Shown here piece after piece: positions 1 through 16,052 of a stretch of DNA of 64,000 nt; position 1 is the first letter of the stretch; the number at the start of each line of letters is the position of its first letter. Position numbers and translations under genes: made by a program. The notes beneath the pieces were generated by a model. That model worked only from the letters and a program-made list of their open reading frames with translations. It had not been told where the DNA came from and did not search any database. The stretch comes from Takakia lepidozioides (taxonomy: Eukaryota > Plantae > Bryophyta). The stretch lies in the NCBI GenBank assembly GCA_030704615.1, contig CM060731.1:33480001-33544000 (forward strand), written 5' to 3'.

Positions 1-1397
1 AATGTGTCCCAAAAGCACCCCTGAGTTCATACAGAAAGTACACTTCTCTGGATTCAGCCCCAGACCTCTCATCCTGCATCTGGCCAAACATAACTCCAAT
101 TCATGCAAGTGCTCATTCTTAGAGCTGTACACACTGAAATCATCCAATAACACCTGCATGAAATCATCCAGATACTCATGAAAAGATTCATTTATTACTC
201 TCTGAAAGGTTGCTGGTGCATTACAAAGTCCAAAAGGCATGACTTTGTATGCATAAGCACCCCAGTCTGTGATGAAAGCTGTCTTTCCCTGGTCTTCTTC
301 TGCCACTTGCACTTGATTATAACCACTAAAGCCATCCATGAATGAGTACATCTCATGGCCTGCCACAGTGTCCAATACCGCTTCTGTGAATGGCAAAGGG
401 AAAGGATCTTTCTTCGTACAAGCATTCAACTTCTTATAGTTTACACAAACTCTCAGTTTACCATTCTTCTTGGGAACTATCACAATGGGTGACAACCAAG
501 TTGTATACTCTATCGGGTATATAAACTTAGCCTCAGCCAACTTCTTGATATCTTCTCCAACCTTCTGTGCATAGTTGGGATTCATTCTCTACCTTGCCTT
601 TTTGATTGGTACTGACCCTGGTTCAGTTCAATCTTATGCTGACAGATCTCAGGTGGTATCCCTTTCAGATCCTCGTAGCTCCAAGCAAATACATCTCTGT
701 ATTTGATGAACAGACTCTTAGCTTCCTCAAAGAATTCTGGCTCCAAATCAGCCCCTACCTTCACCATCCTCGGTTCCCCTTCAGTTCCCACATTCACTTC
801 TTTTACCTGCTCATCAGCTGTGATTGTCCACCCAGTCACCACTTCATCCTGTAAACTCACAGTGGCTGGTTCCTCTAGGATTTCCATTTCTTCCTCTCTT
901 TTTTCATAGAAATGTGGTGGGTAAATGCTTGTTTCACCCTCAATTGGTGTTGCTGTCACTACACCACAACAGATACCTTTTAAACAACTTAGGCCTTCCA
1001 GTTGCATCTTAGCAACCTGCTCCCACTCTGGGTGTGCAACGAACAGGGTAGCTTCCTGCTCCTCATCAAGTCCTCCCCTCCAGTCATACTCCCTGACCCC
1101 TCAAGGTCTTCTCGTAGCAGGTAGTCTACTAGATTTCTTAGTGGTGATTTGTATCTTGTGCATCCCATCATGCACAGTTAGTAACTGGGAATTCCAGTCA
1201 TGGAATACCCTGGCCTGTTTCAGCCACGGTCGACCCAGCAATAAAAAGTAAGCTTCCATGACTTCATCCATTTTCAACACAGTTACTGTGATCTTAAAGA
1301 TCATCTTTTGAATCTGTATCTTAACTCCTCTTATCAATCCCAATGGCTGAACACTTCTTTGATTTGCCATTGTTACTGTAAATGGGGCTGGTTTCAT
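1..1397 (-). mobile_element. Degenerate Ty3/gypsy (non-chromovirus-like) pol fragment: aspartic protease region plus reverse transcriptase; frameshifted, runs off the window start
   Basis: Minus-strand peptides LLLGRPWL (protease C-terminus), YRDVFAWSYEDLKGIPPEICQHKIEL, WLSPIVIVPKKNGKLRVCVNYKKLN, MPFGLCNAPATFQR and LLDDFSVYS; pieces lie in different frames. Confidence 0.9.
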
Positions 1398-1744
1398 GTT
1401 CTTTCATGTCTCTCTACACAGTATGTTTGTATCGATTCAGTATCGGATTAAGATGAATCATGTATCATGCCTATGCCATGGTGTCCCTAATCTACCCTAC
1501 TGCATGAATTAAGCCTCAATCAAGCCATCATCTCCTCTTCACTATTTCCGCTCTCCGTTACGTCTCTTCCTCCCTTGAACAAATCGGCCTCCTCAAGAAG
1601 TGATCCTCTTCCTGTTGTCGCCCTGCCTAATCTACCCGCAAGCTGTTCTAACCACCTAACTAACTAACCGTCACCCCTGAAGTAACACGTTCCCTCTGCA
1701 GATGTCGTTCTCTGTCAATGATAACTGTTCCCATGTACTATGAC

Positions 1745-1992
1745 AGACTGTGTGAAGTTGTGCCGAGCTGTGACTGGCTGTGTAAAGCTGTGTCGGGCTG
1801 TGACTCGCTGTGCGAAGCTGTGTCGGGCTGTGTCAGACTGTGTCTGGCTGTGATAGACTGTGACGGGTTGTATAAAGCTGTGTCTGGCTGTGATAGACTG
1901 TGACGGGCTGTGTAAAGCTGTATCGGGCTGTGATAGACTGTGACGGGCTGTGTAAAGCTGTGTCTGGCTGTGATAGACTGTGATGAGCTGTC
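1745..1992. repeat. Minisatellite with a 10-bp (g/a)ctgtgNNNN unit and a 40-bp higher-order period
   Basis: Repeated gctgtgtaaa-gctgtgtctg-gctgtgatag-actgtgacgg blocks; the ORFs over it are repeat artefacts. Confidence 0.9.
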
Positions 1993-2196
1993 TAACCCCC
2001 CTAAAGCCTGCTCCTGCCACCCCTAAGGCTCATGTTGGTCTCAGTCTGCACAAAAATTAAGGGTACCCCACAGAACCCGTAAAAGCGTCTAAGTCCCAAG
2101 CAGCCCTCTAACAAGATCCAGTGTGGGCAAGGTGGAGGTTTCGACAATGATGGTGATGGCACACAAGGAGTTCACATCAGGCTTAACGATCCACCG

Positions 2197-4287
2197 ATGC
2201 TCGATCCAGTGTCCACTCCCATTTCGAATTTAGACTGCACACAACATGCAGACGTGACACCTGACTCCATTGATGCACTTGCTGCCAAATCTGCTAGACG
2301 ATTACACGGAGCTCCTCATCTGAAGAAGAACGGGAACTGGACAAACAATTCATTGAGATTGGCGATGAATGATGTGGGGGCAGGAATGGCAATTTGAGAG
2401 GCAAGCAGGCAGTGGGGTGTCCCTGTGACAAGCCTACGAAACCATTTATATGGAGTAACAAGAACCAGAAAGCGGGGAATCAAGGGGACATTGACAGACA
2501 TAGAAGAAGTTGAACTGGTAAATTACATTATAAAAATGCAGGAGTATGGGCACCCGCTGACGTTAACACAGTTGCGCTTGAAGGTCATAGAGATTTGCCA
2601 GGAATGCCAAACACCATTCAAAGACGGTGTTCCAGGGTGTGGTTGGGTTAGATGGTTCAAACGAAGGCACCCATAACTGTCTTTGTGGCATTCCCAGGGC
2701 TTGGAAACATGACGTGCCAAGGGACTTTGTCCAGCCAATGTCCAATCGTTTTCTGATGACCTGGCTGAAGTATACAGGAAATACAACTATTCACCGGAGA
2801 GCATTTGGAATTGTGATGAATCGGGGGCTCAAGCAGGGGGGAACGGAGGAGCTTTAGTCATTGCCAAGAAGGGTTCTAGAAGAGTCTATTCAAATTATAC
2901 CAGACGAGAGGGAATGGCTCTCGGTACTGTCATGTATGAATGCAGGTGACGAAAAGATTCCAAATTTCTACAATTTCAAAGGCAAAAGGTTCAGACGGAA
3001 TTACATAATTCGTTGTGAGGGCGGTGCAACTATGGCGATGCAACTAAAGGCTTGGATGACCTCCTTCTTGTTCTCAAAGTGGATATCTCACTTCATTACA
3101 ACAGCTGAACGTCTTGGGAATGCTATCACACCACAGAATCGGCACCTGCTTATTTTGGATGGACACAATTCACACGTCACTATTCATGTGTCAAGAAAGC
3201 AAAGGAGGTGGGCCTAGTTCTCCTCACACTTCCTTCACACATATCACATGCCATGCAGCCCCTGGATGTGTCCGTGTTTAAGTCATTCAAGACAAACTTT
3301 AGAGCATTTCGAGATGTCTGGGCAGCTGCTAATAAAGGAGCTACAACTAAGAAGGAAGATCTAGCTCAATGGGTGTCACTATCTCTCAACAAAGTCCTCA
3401 GTTCAGACAACATAAAAAATGGATTTATGACGACAGGGATATGGCCTATCAATCCAGAAGCAATGGCTCATAAGATGGGTCCAAGTCAAGGGTTCAGAAA
3501 TGAAGAGCCGGAGGATGACCCTCAGCCAGGTCCAGAAGAGATACGATTGGCAACCATTGAGTTACAAATCGAGGAAGTTATGGGGGATCATGTGATACCC
3601 TCAACACAAGATCAACGACAACATTATTTCGTGCAAGTTAAAAGTGACGTTGAAGCAGGTGGCCGTGAAGCCACCGGTGAGCAGCCGAGCACTCAGTCCA
3701 ACAGTCCATTCTCATCAGCTGAAAGAGACATGGTTCCTCCATTGATTCATCGAGACAACATTTCAAACTTTCTAACCTTGCCAGAGATTCCAATACCGGC
3801 ACGACGTCAACGACCTATAGACTCTACCGAACCATTCATTGATTATAGCAAGTTGATATTGATGACTTCAGATGATTATTTGAGATCATTGGAGCATAAA
3901 TCTGCATGGAAAGAAGAAGCTACAAGGCTTAGGGAAGAACGGAGGGCATCACTAGTTTTGGCCAAGGAACGAAGGGCTGTTGAGAAGCTTGATAAAGAAA
4001 ATGCAAAACGCCAGAGGGTGAGGATCGGCAGGCCATGAAATGATTCAATGAGGCTTGGTCTACAAAGTCATGCACTGCGGCTGGAGAGAGGCTCCAAGAG
4101 GCGATCAACACCAATCCCTCTTAGCGCGTACAGAGGAGTGTTTTGCGGGAATGCTCCTCCCATTTGCCGAAGGAACATGAGAATTGATATTCAACGTAGA
4201 GCAGCGAGGAAAGCTGGACAAGACATTTCAAACTTGCAACTCATAGGACCTCCCTGGGTGTACATACCATCTATAAATCATAAGTGA
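2197..4287 (+). mobile_element. Decayed pogo/Fot1-like (Tc1/mariner) transposase: HTH_psq, CENP-B HTH and DDE_1
   Basis: WTNNSLRLAM..GMAI*EASRQWGVPVTSL (psq-type HTH); GCGWVRWFKRRHP (CENP-B HTH); IWNCDESG; LLILDGHNSH; LPSHISHAMQPLDVSVF. In-frame stops at about 2396, 2674 and 2710, plus frameshifts. Confidence 0.9.
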
Positions 4288-4735
4288 AAGGTCGCGGTTG
4301 TTCAAGGCTTCCAGATCTGAAAGGATGCAAGACATGAATGACTAAGATCAGATCTAACATGACGCAAGACTAAGATCAGATCTGAAAGGATGCAAGACAT
4401 GAATGACTTAGATCATACTGGCGGGAGAAGGAATCGAAACTGGCGGGAGACTAGATCATATCTTGTGATGAGTGATCAGGTTTACGTTTCAGTCTGATCA
4501 GGAAGCGAGGAGATCGGTTTTCCTATGCCATCCGATTAATTTTGAGCAACTTGTGGTCTGATTTTGGCTGGTGGTTAGATCACCATGCATATGGACCTGA
4601 TCAGATTAGTACTTACCCAAACTCAGTTTACTGGAAGGAGAAGGTTTATTTTATATAACTGCATCAGCAGTTTGCTGGTTAGACGTGCACATTTTGTATA
4701 TGTATCACTCAATGAAGAGACAAACAGCTTGTACG

Positions 4736-5394
4736 TTAACCCTTTAAACGCCCACTGGATAAGTTTGACTTTTCCCAAAATCACTACCCCTGGGATGAAA
4801 AAACCCTGTAATTTCCAGGAAAAAAAGGATTTTGGAAATTTGACCAGACATTATCTTCCTAACTATCCCCTGCATACACCTGCCGAATTCCAGGCCAATC
4901 GGATGGAAATCAGAAAAACGCCACCGTTGCATGTGGGGTGCATTTTTTGGGGCAAAAAAAATAAAAATAAAAGTGCAAGTGGTTTTCCTGAAATTTGGAA
5001 GACGGGATGGAACTCGATTGGGCTGATGCATCTCACTGGTCATCCCCACCACATCCTACATCCAACAAGCCAAAAAGTGCTCAAATTGGCTAAGTGTACA
5101 TCTGCTGGTGGTTAGTCAAAGCAGGGGTGTCAGACCACCTGCAAACGTGCGGGAACTGGAGCTTGCACAACCACAACGCGGGAACCTCCACGCTTCGCCA
5201 CATACCCCCCTCCAGAAAAATCGCAATTGCAACTAGCTAATCAGGAATTAGGGCTATCAGGGTTCCCATTTGCAAACTAGATGATGGGAGAAAATCCAGG
5301 GCTTGATTTTGCAAAATTTGATCAAGATCTGAAAAAGTTATGGCTCCTGAAAAATCTTTGGAGGCCCAGTTTCGGCCTCGCGGGCGTTTAAGGG
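4736..5394. mobile_element. Putative non-autonomous piggyBac-like element
   Basis: TTAA-CCCTTTAAACGCCC at 4736 and inverted GGGCGTTTAAGGG at 5382-5394; the right-hand TTAA is not intact (tgca). Confidence 0.5.
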
Positions 5395-6065
5395 TGCAGG
5401 ACACTGCAGTGTTAGTGTTCGGTTGATTTCTGGTCCACCCCTACTGGCCCACGATGGGTATTTTCTGTATTCGTACTTTGAATATTCACCAATATTACGG
5501 TTTTTGACATTTGATTTTTGTTTCAAGTTATGCAACAATTTTATTTATTTATTTAAGTTTTTACCGAACAGGGGGCGAGGCCCTGATAGTGCTTATTTAC
5601 AATTCTTATTTACATTTGCCAATATCAGAAAAATATCAGTACCAAAAATGCTCCTCTCAACTCCGCTGTGTTTCTTAAATGAGCCAAAATAGGTTGAGCT
5701 GCCTTAACACACATGCCCAACAACGCCCAGTCAGATCGCCCTGCAAACTATCCACACACGGGGCAGGCCAGCAGGCTTCCAGGGTAGCACGCTACGACCC
5801 TCTCGAGATCCCCACTCTGTCTCCTCCTCGGCTGTGAGGTAGATGGTGTAACGAGAAGAACAGGATCTCTACATTTCCATACGCACTTATCGCTTAGAAA
5901 TGTCTCCCTGCCTGGGATAGTGGGTTTCGTGAATTCTTAACAACCAATCATGTTCTGGCACTTCATGTGCGAAGCTCGGAAACATACCGCATATTGATGG
6001 CTCTCTCTTCTCTGTGCGGCCTATACTTAACTCCTTCATCTGAGGAAGAGTTGTAATCGATACGC

Positions 6066-7605
6066 ATGGCAATAGTGAGTTTGTTTCGACGGTACAAGCG
6101 ATGGAATCCAGTGCACCCAACCTATGGCGCTTTTTGGGGAATCGGCTTAGGGCTGGGTTGTGGGGTGGGTTGGGGACCCGGTTTTGGACCCGAGGTGGTG
6201 GGCTACGTAGGGTCGGGGTGTGGGGTGGGATTTAGTATGGGTGTAACTCTGGTGGGCGTCGGCATCGGTCTTCCTGCAAGTGGCCTCACCTGCCTGCCTT
6301 GCAATGGTGCGTCTGTCAAATTTTGATCTTGGTTTGATGTTATGGTTGTGTTCTTGCAAGGGGCCATGTGATATTTGGCAATTTTTCGTCCGACGTTTTG
6401 AGAGGGGGAGGGGGGACGGAGTGATGCATTACAGTAGATGGTGCTTTTCAGGGTCTTCGTATGAGCCAGTGCCAGAGGCTATTTGGTTATTACTCGTTAC
6501 TTGCACCCTCATGGTCTCTAATGCCGTTCTAGCTACTCAAACACTCTTGTTGGGGGTTCTGAAAATTGAGATCAGGGGAGAAAAATTTGGTAATGTGATG
6601 GTATTATCTAGATATCAAGTTTTCTGATCACTTAGGTCACCTTGCGGAATGACTGCATTCTCTCTGTACTTCCATTGGTTTTGTTTTATGGCTTTCAAGG
6701 GGGTGGTGGTATGTGGATCACCGAATTGTGCGGCCCTGTGCTTGCCTGTTTGGTAGGTAGAGGTTTTTTTTCTCCTCAGTTTGGAAGTTCATGGACGGTC
6801 AAGCACGATATCTGAAAGCAAAAGTACCAATCTGTTCTGGCTGGTACAAAACAATCCAAAAACACCTCAGGTGAGCTAATATGCTAGGAGACAGAAAATT
6901 TCAACATACTTAGTATGGCCTGCCTTTATGGGAAGGGGGTGAGAGGAAGAGAAAGAAATTGTACCTATAAGACGTTGTTGAGAGATAGGAGGACTAAGAC
7001 CTTGCAGCTGGTATCAGACCCCAAAAGCCCTTGGGTGATAGAACCCAGGTGTGGAACAAAACAAACCTGGAAGCTAGAGGGAGTTAGAGAGGAAAGACTG
7101 CAAGTTCCCCTTCAGGTACAGCTCATCTTAGTTTTTGGCTCCTGTACAGAAATTTCCAATGTTCTGGTGTTTGAAACTTTGGAATTTCATTGGCATATTG
7201 CGCTTGTGATCATGAATCTCTGAATAACTCTGGGAGCCCTAACATGGATGACTTGCAGTTGTGGCAGGTGCAGGACAAGGGGCTTATGAGCTGACCACAG
7301 TGTGGGCTGTACCAGTGGTGTCCGGAATTGTGAAACAAAGCTGGGATTCAATCTGTATTCAAGCCACAATAATGGACAAAAGGTTGCGAGATGGAGATCA
7401 TTGGAGACCACCTACGTTTGAGGACTGCAAGAGAAAATTTCCAGACCTTTTTAAGCTCAATCCATGGAAGGTGGAGACTGAGCAGGACAGCACTAGATTG
7501 AATGTTTACACTACAAGGCCCTGGGTGAAATTTCCTTTCAAAGCTACTCCTCGCAGCCGCACCCCCGTCAGCGAGTCAAATGAGAGTTCTACAGGGACAT
7601 CATGA
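6066..7605 (+). CDS. Cadmium-induced protein AS8-like (Gly-rich), 2 exons: 6066-6306 and 7259-7605
   Basis: MAIVSLFRRYKRWNPVHPTYGAFWGIGLGLGCGVGWGPGFGPEVVGYVGSGCGVGFS is the conserved plant AS8 N-terminus; phase-1 GT(6307)..AG(7258) intron joins in frame to ORF 7261-7605. Confidence 0.85.
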
Positions 7606-7827
7606 GGAGATGTTTGACATTCTTGTTGATTGAGCGACTCAACAGACCAGTCACAAGGATATAGAAGATTGCAGCTGGTGAACTCACTCCTTTGTCATTC
7701 TCATTCCTATCTCCCACTTTATTGTCTATCAAGACTGGAGGGCAAGAATCTCTCAGTATTCTCAACTCAAGGAAGAGTAAAGAAATGCTTGATGAACAAA
7801 ATACATTGCGTTTTTGTGATGTTGGGG

Positions 7828-7829
<2 letters not shown>

Positions 7830-7858
<29 letters not shown>
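7830..7858. repeat. (GA)n microsatellite
   Basis: About 14 GA units. Confidence 0.95.
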
Positions 7859-7862
<4 letters not shown>

Positions 7863-10351
7863 AGCCATTAGCACAACAACAAGTGGCTGCATGGCACCGC
7901 ACTTAATATGCTGTGACATGATGCAACAGGACTATTCTGCACTCATTGAGGGCGATCTGTGGCATTTGGACGATGCCCATGCATTCAGCCGGGTACAGAT
8001 AGGTAACTAACTGTCATAGGTCTTTCTTTGCAAGGTTATGTATCTGTGATTAATTGGGTGAAGCAAGGCTCTTTGTGCGTTTTGGGTGCCACTACAATGC
8101 CACGGCGTACCAGCATTATCCAGCTGATGAGGCCTTGCGCAGCCTCTCCAAATGGAGTGCATTTGTAGAGGTTGCATATGGAAGTGCATAAGTGAGGCAG
8201 AAGATTTTCCAAAAGTTTCTTGGGTGTGAAGTGGCTGATCACTTGCCACTCAGTTGAAATTCCAAAACAATGCTATTTTATGAAGGTACGTGATATACAA
8301 TATGTATGTGTATTTTGACTTCCATGCAATTGCTGTTGTATTCCAGTATTGAGGTGCTAGCAATTTTCAAACGTGGTAAGAGGTTGCGCAAACTTTTGAA
8401 GAGAGGATCGGGGGTCCGATCAAAATCAGCTAAGAGTTTGCGGTGGACAAAAGCAGTAAAGGCAAAACAAAATTCTTCCCTTGGAAGTTTCTTTGACGAA
8501 AGCAGGATGATCTAAACTATTTTAGTATATGTAAAAACTTGCTGTTGAAGGGATGGTAAAAACCCTTAAGGAATTTGGTGAAGTTGTGAAATGGCAATGT
8601 TTCCTCCCTTGCATCATGAAGTTTGTCATTACATGTTTCCATCACTTGAGTTTCATAGTTTTAACACCCTAGTTTCATTGATTTGTTCTTTGTTTTCCTC
8701 ACCCTCTGACTAGCCCCAAATTGCGACCTGCCTCTTGAGGGAGTGTAGCAGATCGCACTAGATTGCCCTAGCCTATATGTTTTCCTGTGACACACCCTAC
8801 TGTCACATATATCTGTGGATTTGTCGGGCAATTAATCCTCATAATCTTTAGTGGATAGAGCAAAGGTTGAGTACTCGAATCAAGACAATAAACTCTGTCC
8901 TCCAAGGTATAATAGCATCTAGGAAGTTCTCAATTGGAACTCAAATTGCTCTCATCATTCATGCAAAACTTGTTAGTATGCAATGACATGTTTGTGTGGG
9001 ATGTTGTACGACAAACACTAAAAAGTCCAGTGCACACTTCCATGGGAGCTGTGATTGCAGACTAAGCGAATTCTGGTTCCCTCCGCATCCACGTGAAAGC
9101 CCACAGCTAATTTGTGACTCACAGAAAGGGCACCCAAAATGCCTCGAGACCTCACAAACCCAGTATTTCAATCCCTCGAGACTGAAATTCAATATAGTCT
9201 TACCGCCGAGAAAACTCACCGCAACTGTAAACGAGAATCTTTACGCGACAATATTACTGTGCGCAGGTTCTTACTACGTCCGCATCCTCAACGCTCTGAA
9301 CGCGAGCAGGCTCGCTCGCTACACAAAGCGAGGGGCAGCTTTGAAGAAAGAGATTCCCGATCTCCTTCAGGATATCTATGTGGGTAACTGCATACTCGTG
9401 CTGAAGTACCTGGATCGGCACATTTCATGAGCAATACCGAGGTAGAAGGCACAACCCCGCTTCAAGGAAATCCGGAAGAAGGATGAATTGAGATATCATA
9501 ATCGCTTTCATATGTCTCGCGAAGGTGGTGGTTTTTGGGGGTGATTGGCGTTCGCGCATGCGCAGGTAAATCGCAAAGTGAATCGCAACAAGCAGCCAAG
9601 TGTGAGTTATCTAAGAATTGGTCTGGGATTTGAAGATCTAGTGCTGAACATGCATCCATAGTCAGCACTTGCGTATTTCTTAGACCTGGCTCTTTGCACG
9701 ATGCGAAACAATTGTGTCAAGGAGAATTCCCGTTATTGCATTGAGACTTGTGTTGGGGAAGGTATCATTGGTCTAAATGACGTTAGGGTATCCCTTGGAC
9801 TGAGCAGCAACGTTACAATCGCAAGTGCACATGGGACGTTAGTCACTGTGAGGATCACAGGTCGTAGAGGACAGCACGGTCTCATTTCTGTTACTCCCTC
9901 ATTCTTCGGTCGTAGGAGGTTGTATCCTCTTACCTCGGAGCACTGGAGACGATATCCTGCCTCTGTATTCTCTAGGGATGGATCACGCACATTTCATGTA
10001 GAGTGGGTAGTGTATACAATCTGTTTCTGTTGGCAAGCTTTGTGGAGATGACACAAAGTCCGGTTCATCCCTTTTCCTCCCAGCAACTTGTTTGGCCAAT
10101 TCTTCTGTCTTTTCAGCCAAACTTTCGCTCATCATTTGAATTTCCCTCGATATTTCGTAATGTGACTTCTTTGTCCCATGTGTGGCAGTGAAATTAAAGA
10201 TGTTGGCATGCAGCACGACAGCTTGCAGGGGTGTCAGTTCTTGGCTTATCTAAAGGGGTCTCCGAGAATTTTTAGAAAGTGCTGGCAATAATCCCAGTGC
10301 TTTGACAAAAGAATAAGACTTTTACCAGGACAATCGAGTGCCAATTCCACC

Positions 10352-13074
<2,723 letters not shown>

Positions 13075-14591
13075 GACATAGTTATTTACCCTTCATGAGT
13101 AGGGACAACTTGTAGTTGACCATTCTTAAAAGGGGGCAATAGGAATAATGAATTGGTGCTGGATCAACCAAGTAATCTAAGGTTATGTCAGCACCTGGAG
13201 AAAGCTATGCTTATTTGTTCCTGTCAATCAATAACGAGATTTTGACCGGCAGCACACTGCAAACTTTCTTTTTATTTGTCCTCAGCTCAGAGCATACCAT
13301 ATTTTTGGGCAAATATAACGAGGGGAGGGGAGGTGGATCAGATAGAGTCCTTGGAGTTTGGCTGGATGGGGTTGTATGTGTTGGCTTGCAACTGTAAAGT
13401 TTGGGACAACCTAGAAGAAACTCAATTTTGTTTGATGATTTGCATGCAGTAGAGAGACCTATTTGGAAGGGCTACCTCCAAATAGGTAGGGTGCATAAAC
13501 AGCCTTCACTTGATATAACTCAAGATGGCAGTGCTGGCGCTGACCACCAGTTTTCTGATGTGGTCAACTGTAATTTGTCCTTGACATATAAGGATGGGCC
13601 GCATTCTGCATGCCAAAGTTAGCATCTGGATGGTCAAGCCCGGGTTGGGCATGTGTTGGGTTGCTTGTACAAACTGACCATAATACCCCCTGCTTAATTG
13701 TCAGGGCACATTGAAAGTATTCTGCATTTTGTGTAGCACATCTGTTGGGGTTCACTCAACATTGTGCCTCTAAATGCTTAATCGTCCATCCAGTGGCCTC
13801 ATGGTTCACTTTAACATGGTTTTAGTTGGATCGTCAATGGAATCCAATCCAAAGCCGCACCATGCAACACCTGCAGGAAGGTCTGCCATACCAGAGTGTC
13901 TACTCCGATGCAAACGTCTATTTGGCAGGTGATAGAGATGAGTGCAAGAAGGGCAAAGTGGATTGGGTTTCTTGCACGGAATGGGGTGACCAGTTGTATA
14001 AGCCATAAGAAACAATGGGTCAGTGCAGAAGTTGAAGTAAACCCCATCTGAGGGGGCCTGGTGGGCGTTTAAGGGCTAAACATCCCCGGTTTTCTCAACT
14101 GTCCATCTTGAACAGGTCCCATTTGTACACTAAATTTTTTCATGATCATGATTTCAGGATGATCATTGACGAACTGGAGATGGGCAAGTTGGAGGACGCC
14201 GGCTTTCGTCTGCACCGATCTGTGGCGTCGACTCTTGGTGGCCTTGCCGCTATGGTGCCTCCTCCATACGATACTTCGCATCCCACAAGAAGGAATGGCA
14301 AACAGTGCATTGGGTGGCTTCGGGGCCTGTGGATGGATTCAATCATTTCCCAACTTCATTTAAAACTTTGGGACCGTTCAGTTTTTCAAACAATTTGAAC
14401 CAGTTCTTTCTTAAAATAAAATGGCTAAGTGCTGAAAATGCATTGTCTGGACTCCTCTTGATCACTGCAAAGGAGGTATATCCAAATCTTGTCTAAAATA
14501 TCTGAAAGCTTAGGAGAAGCTGGCCAACATCATGAGGTATACTCTTATGGAAATTGGACTCCAGCCATTTAGGAATTCGATACAATTTTGT

Positions 14592-14622
<31 letters not shown>

Positions 14623-15900
14623 CCCCTATTTTACAAAGGTTGAAGAACATTTTTATGCTCACAAAATGGTTAGAAGATTCCAATTCTTACTGAAAAAAAT
14701 CAGAGACTTGAGGTGGAGGCAAAGGATTAGAACGGTTGAGCCTAGCACATTTTTAGTAATGAATAAAGAGGTGGCCATGGTGCAGATTTTGCAGTCAAGA
14801 GTGGAAAATGCTCTAGGGGTTAAGCCTGCTGTTTTGGTCAGGCATAGCTAAATTTTATCCCTGGCTTTCACCAACCTTTTTAAACCTGATATAACTTTGC
14901 ATCCAATTATAGATGGATGAAATTCTCAAAAGCATGGCACATGTCGAAAGCAAATGTTGGTGAAACTTTACAAATCCCAACACCCAATAATCCCACATCT
15001 GGCATGTTTAGGTCATATGCACTCCAGTGAAATTTAAACACTCAGTGTATAGTATAGAATCCAGTGTATGCGTAGAGGAATGGACGTAGATTGTGGATGC
15101 CCAAGATCTGGGCAGCCTTGACATAATATACATGTTTTGAAAATATTCATGTTCAGTGTAAGATATTGTCAGGAATATATGTTTAGAATATATGTTCCTA
15201 CATATTCTATGGCATATTTGATGGACATCTCTTTGGGTATCTCGAGCATAAACCCTATAAATTTTCAGTTTCGCTCTGATAAATTATATCTGAAAATGTG
15301 CAAGTAGTTTCATGGGTCAGAGTTTCACCCTACGAAATTACCCATGGGTGACGTGATGTCTTACCGCCCACTCTCGCACATGTTATGGAAGGGGAAGGGG
15401 CCTAGTATCGTGTGAGTACAACGTGAGAGAAAATAGGGTAACACGTTCATCATGTATAGGGTTACTTGTTCTTTATGTGTTGCGATTAGTGCTCATGTGA
15501 ACAGCTGAAAATAGTTTCACATATTTTTGACTTCCACAATTTATTGTTCCGGTATGGAGTATTCCCTAGGGATCTGGAGAATATGTGGAGTATGCCCTCT
15601 TGCTCACCTACCCAACCTCGACCTTGAAGTTATCAAAACATTTGTCTAGGCTTTAGGCAATCCAAAAACTTACTTGGTTGCTTCCGAAGTCGCTTAATTT
15701 CAATAGCTAATATGCTTAAAGTTTTTGCACAATACTCTATAATTATATGGGTGCTTTCCAAAGCTCTGCCGCTGTGACAAGTTCCGCTAGGGTCCATATT
15801 AATCGGTGAACACTTGACTGGGCCATTGCGTAAAGTCTTGGCAAGTCTACTTCTGGCATGATTTCACAACGATCCACTCACTCATGCATATTCCAAAGGC

Positions 15901-16052
15901 GCAACAACCAAGTTGTAGCCAAGTAGTAACGGGCACATACCACCTCAGAAGTGGTTGTGGGTTCAAACCACCAATTGATGTCACAAAGGTGTCCGGGGTG
16001 AAGAGGCACCATAATTTACGCTTCCATTGGGAGGCGTCACATATTATTATTA
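15901..16052 (+). mobile_element. tRNA-derived SINE
   Basis: A-box-like TAGCCAAGTAGTA (about 15916), B-box GGTTCAAACC (about 15960), (TTA)n tail, direct repeat CAAAGGC on both sides (15894-15900 and 16053-16059); second copy at about 24330. Confidence 0.7.

Noticed and set aside
1715-2020. ORFs with repetitive peptides
   Set aside because: They are translations of the minisatellite
8996-9430. 144-aa ORF with a protein-like C-terminal half
   Set aside because: No recognisable family and no supportable exon structure
15910-15975. Possible tRNA gene
   Set aside because: It has A and B boxes but no convincing cloverleaf; the tail, TSD and second copy indicate a SINE
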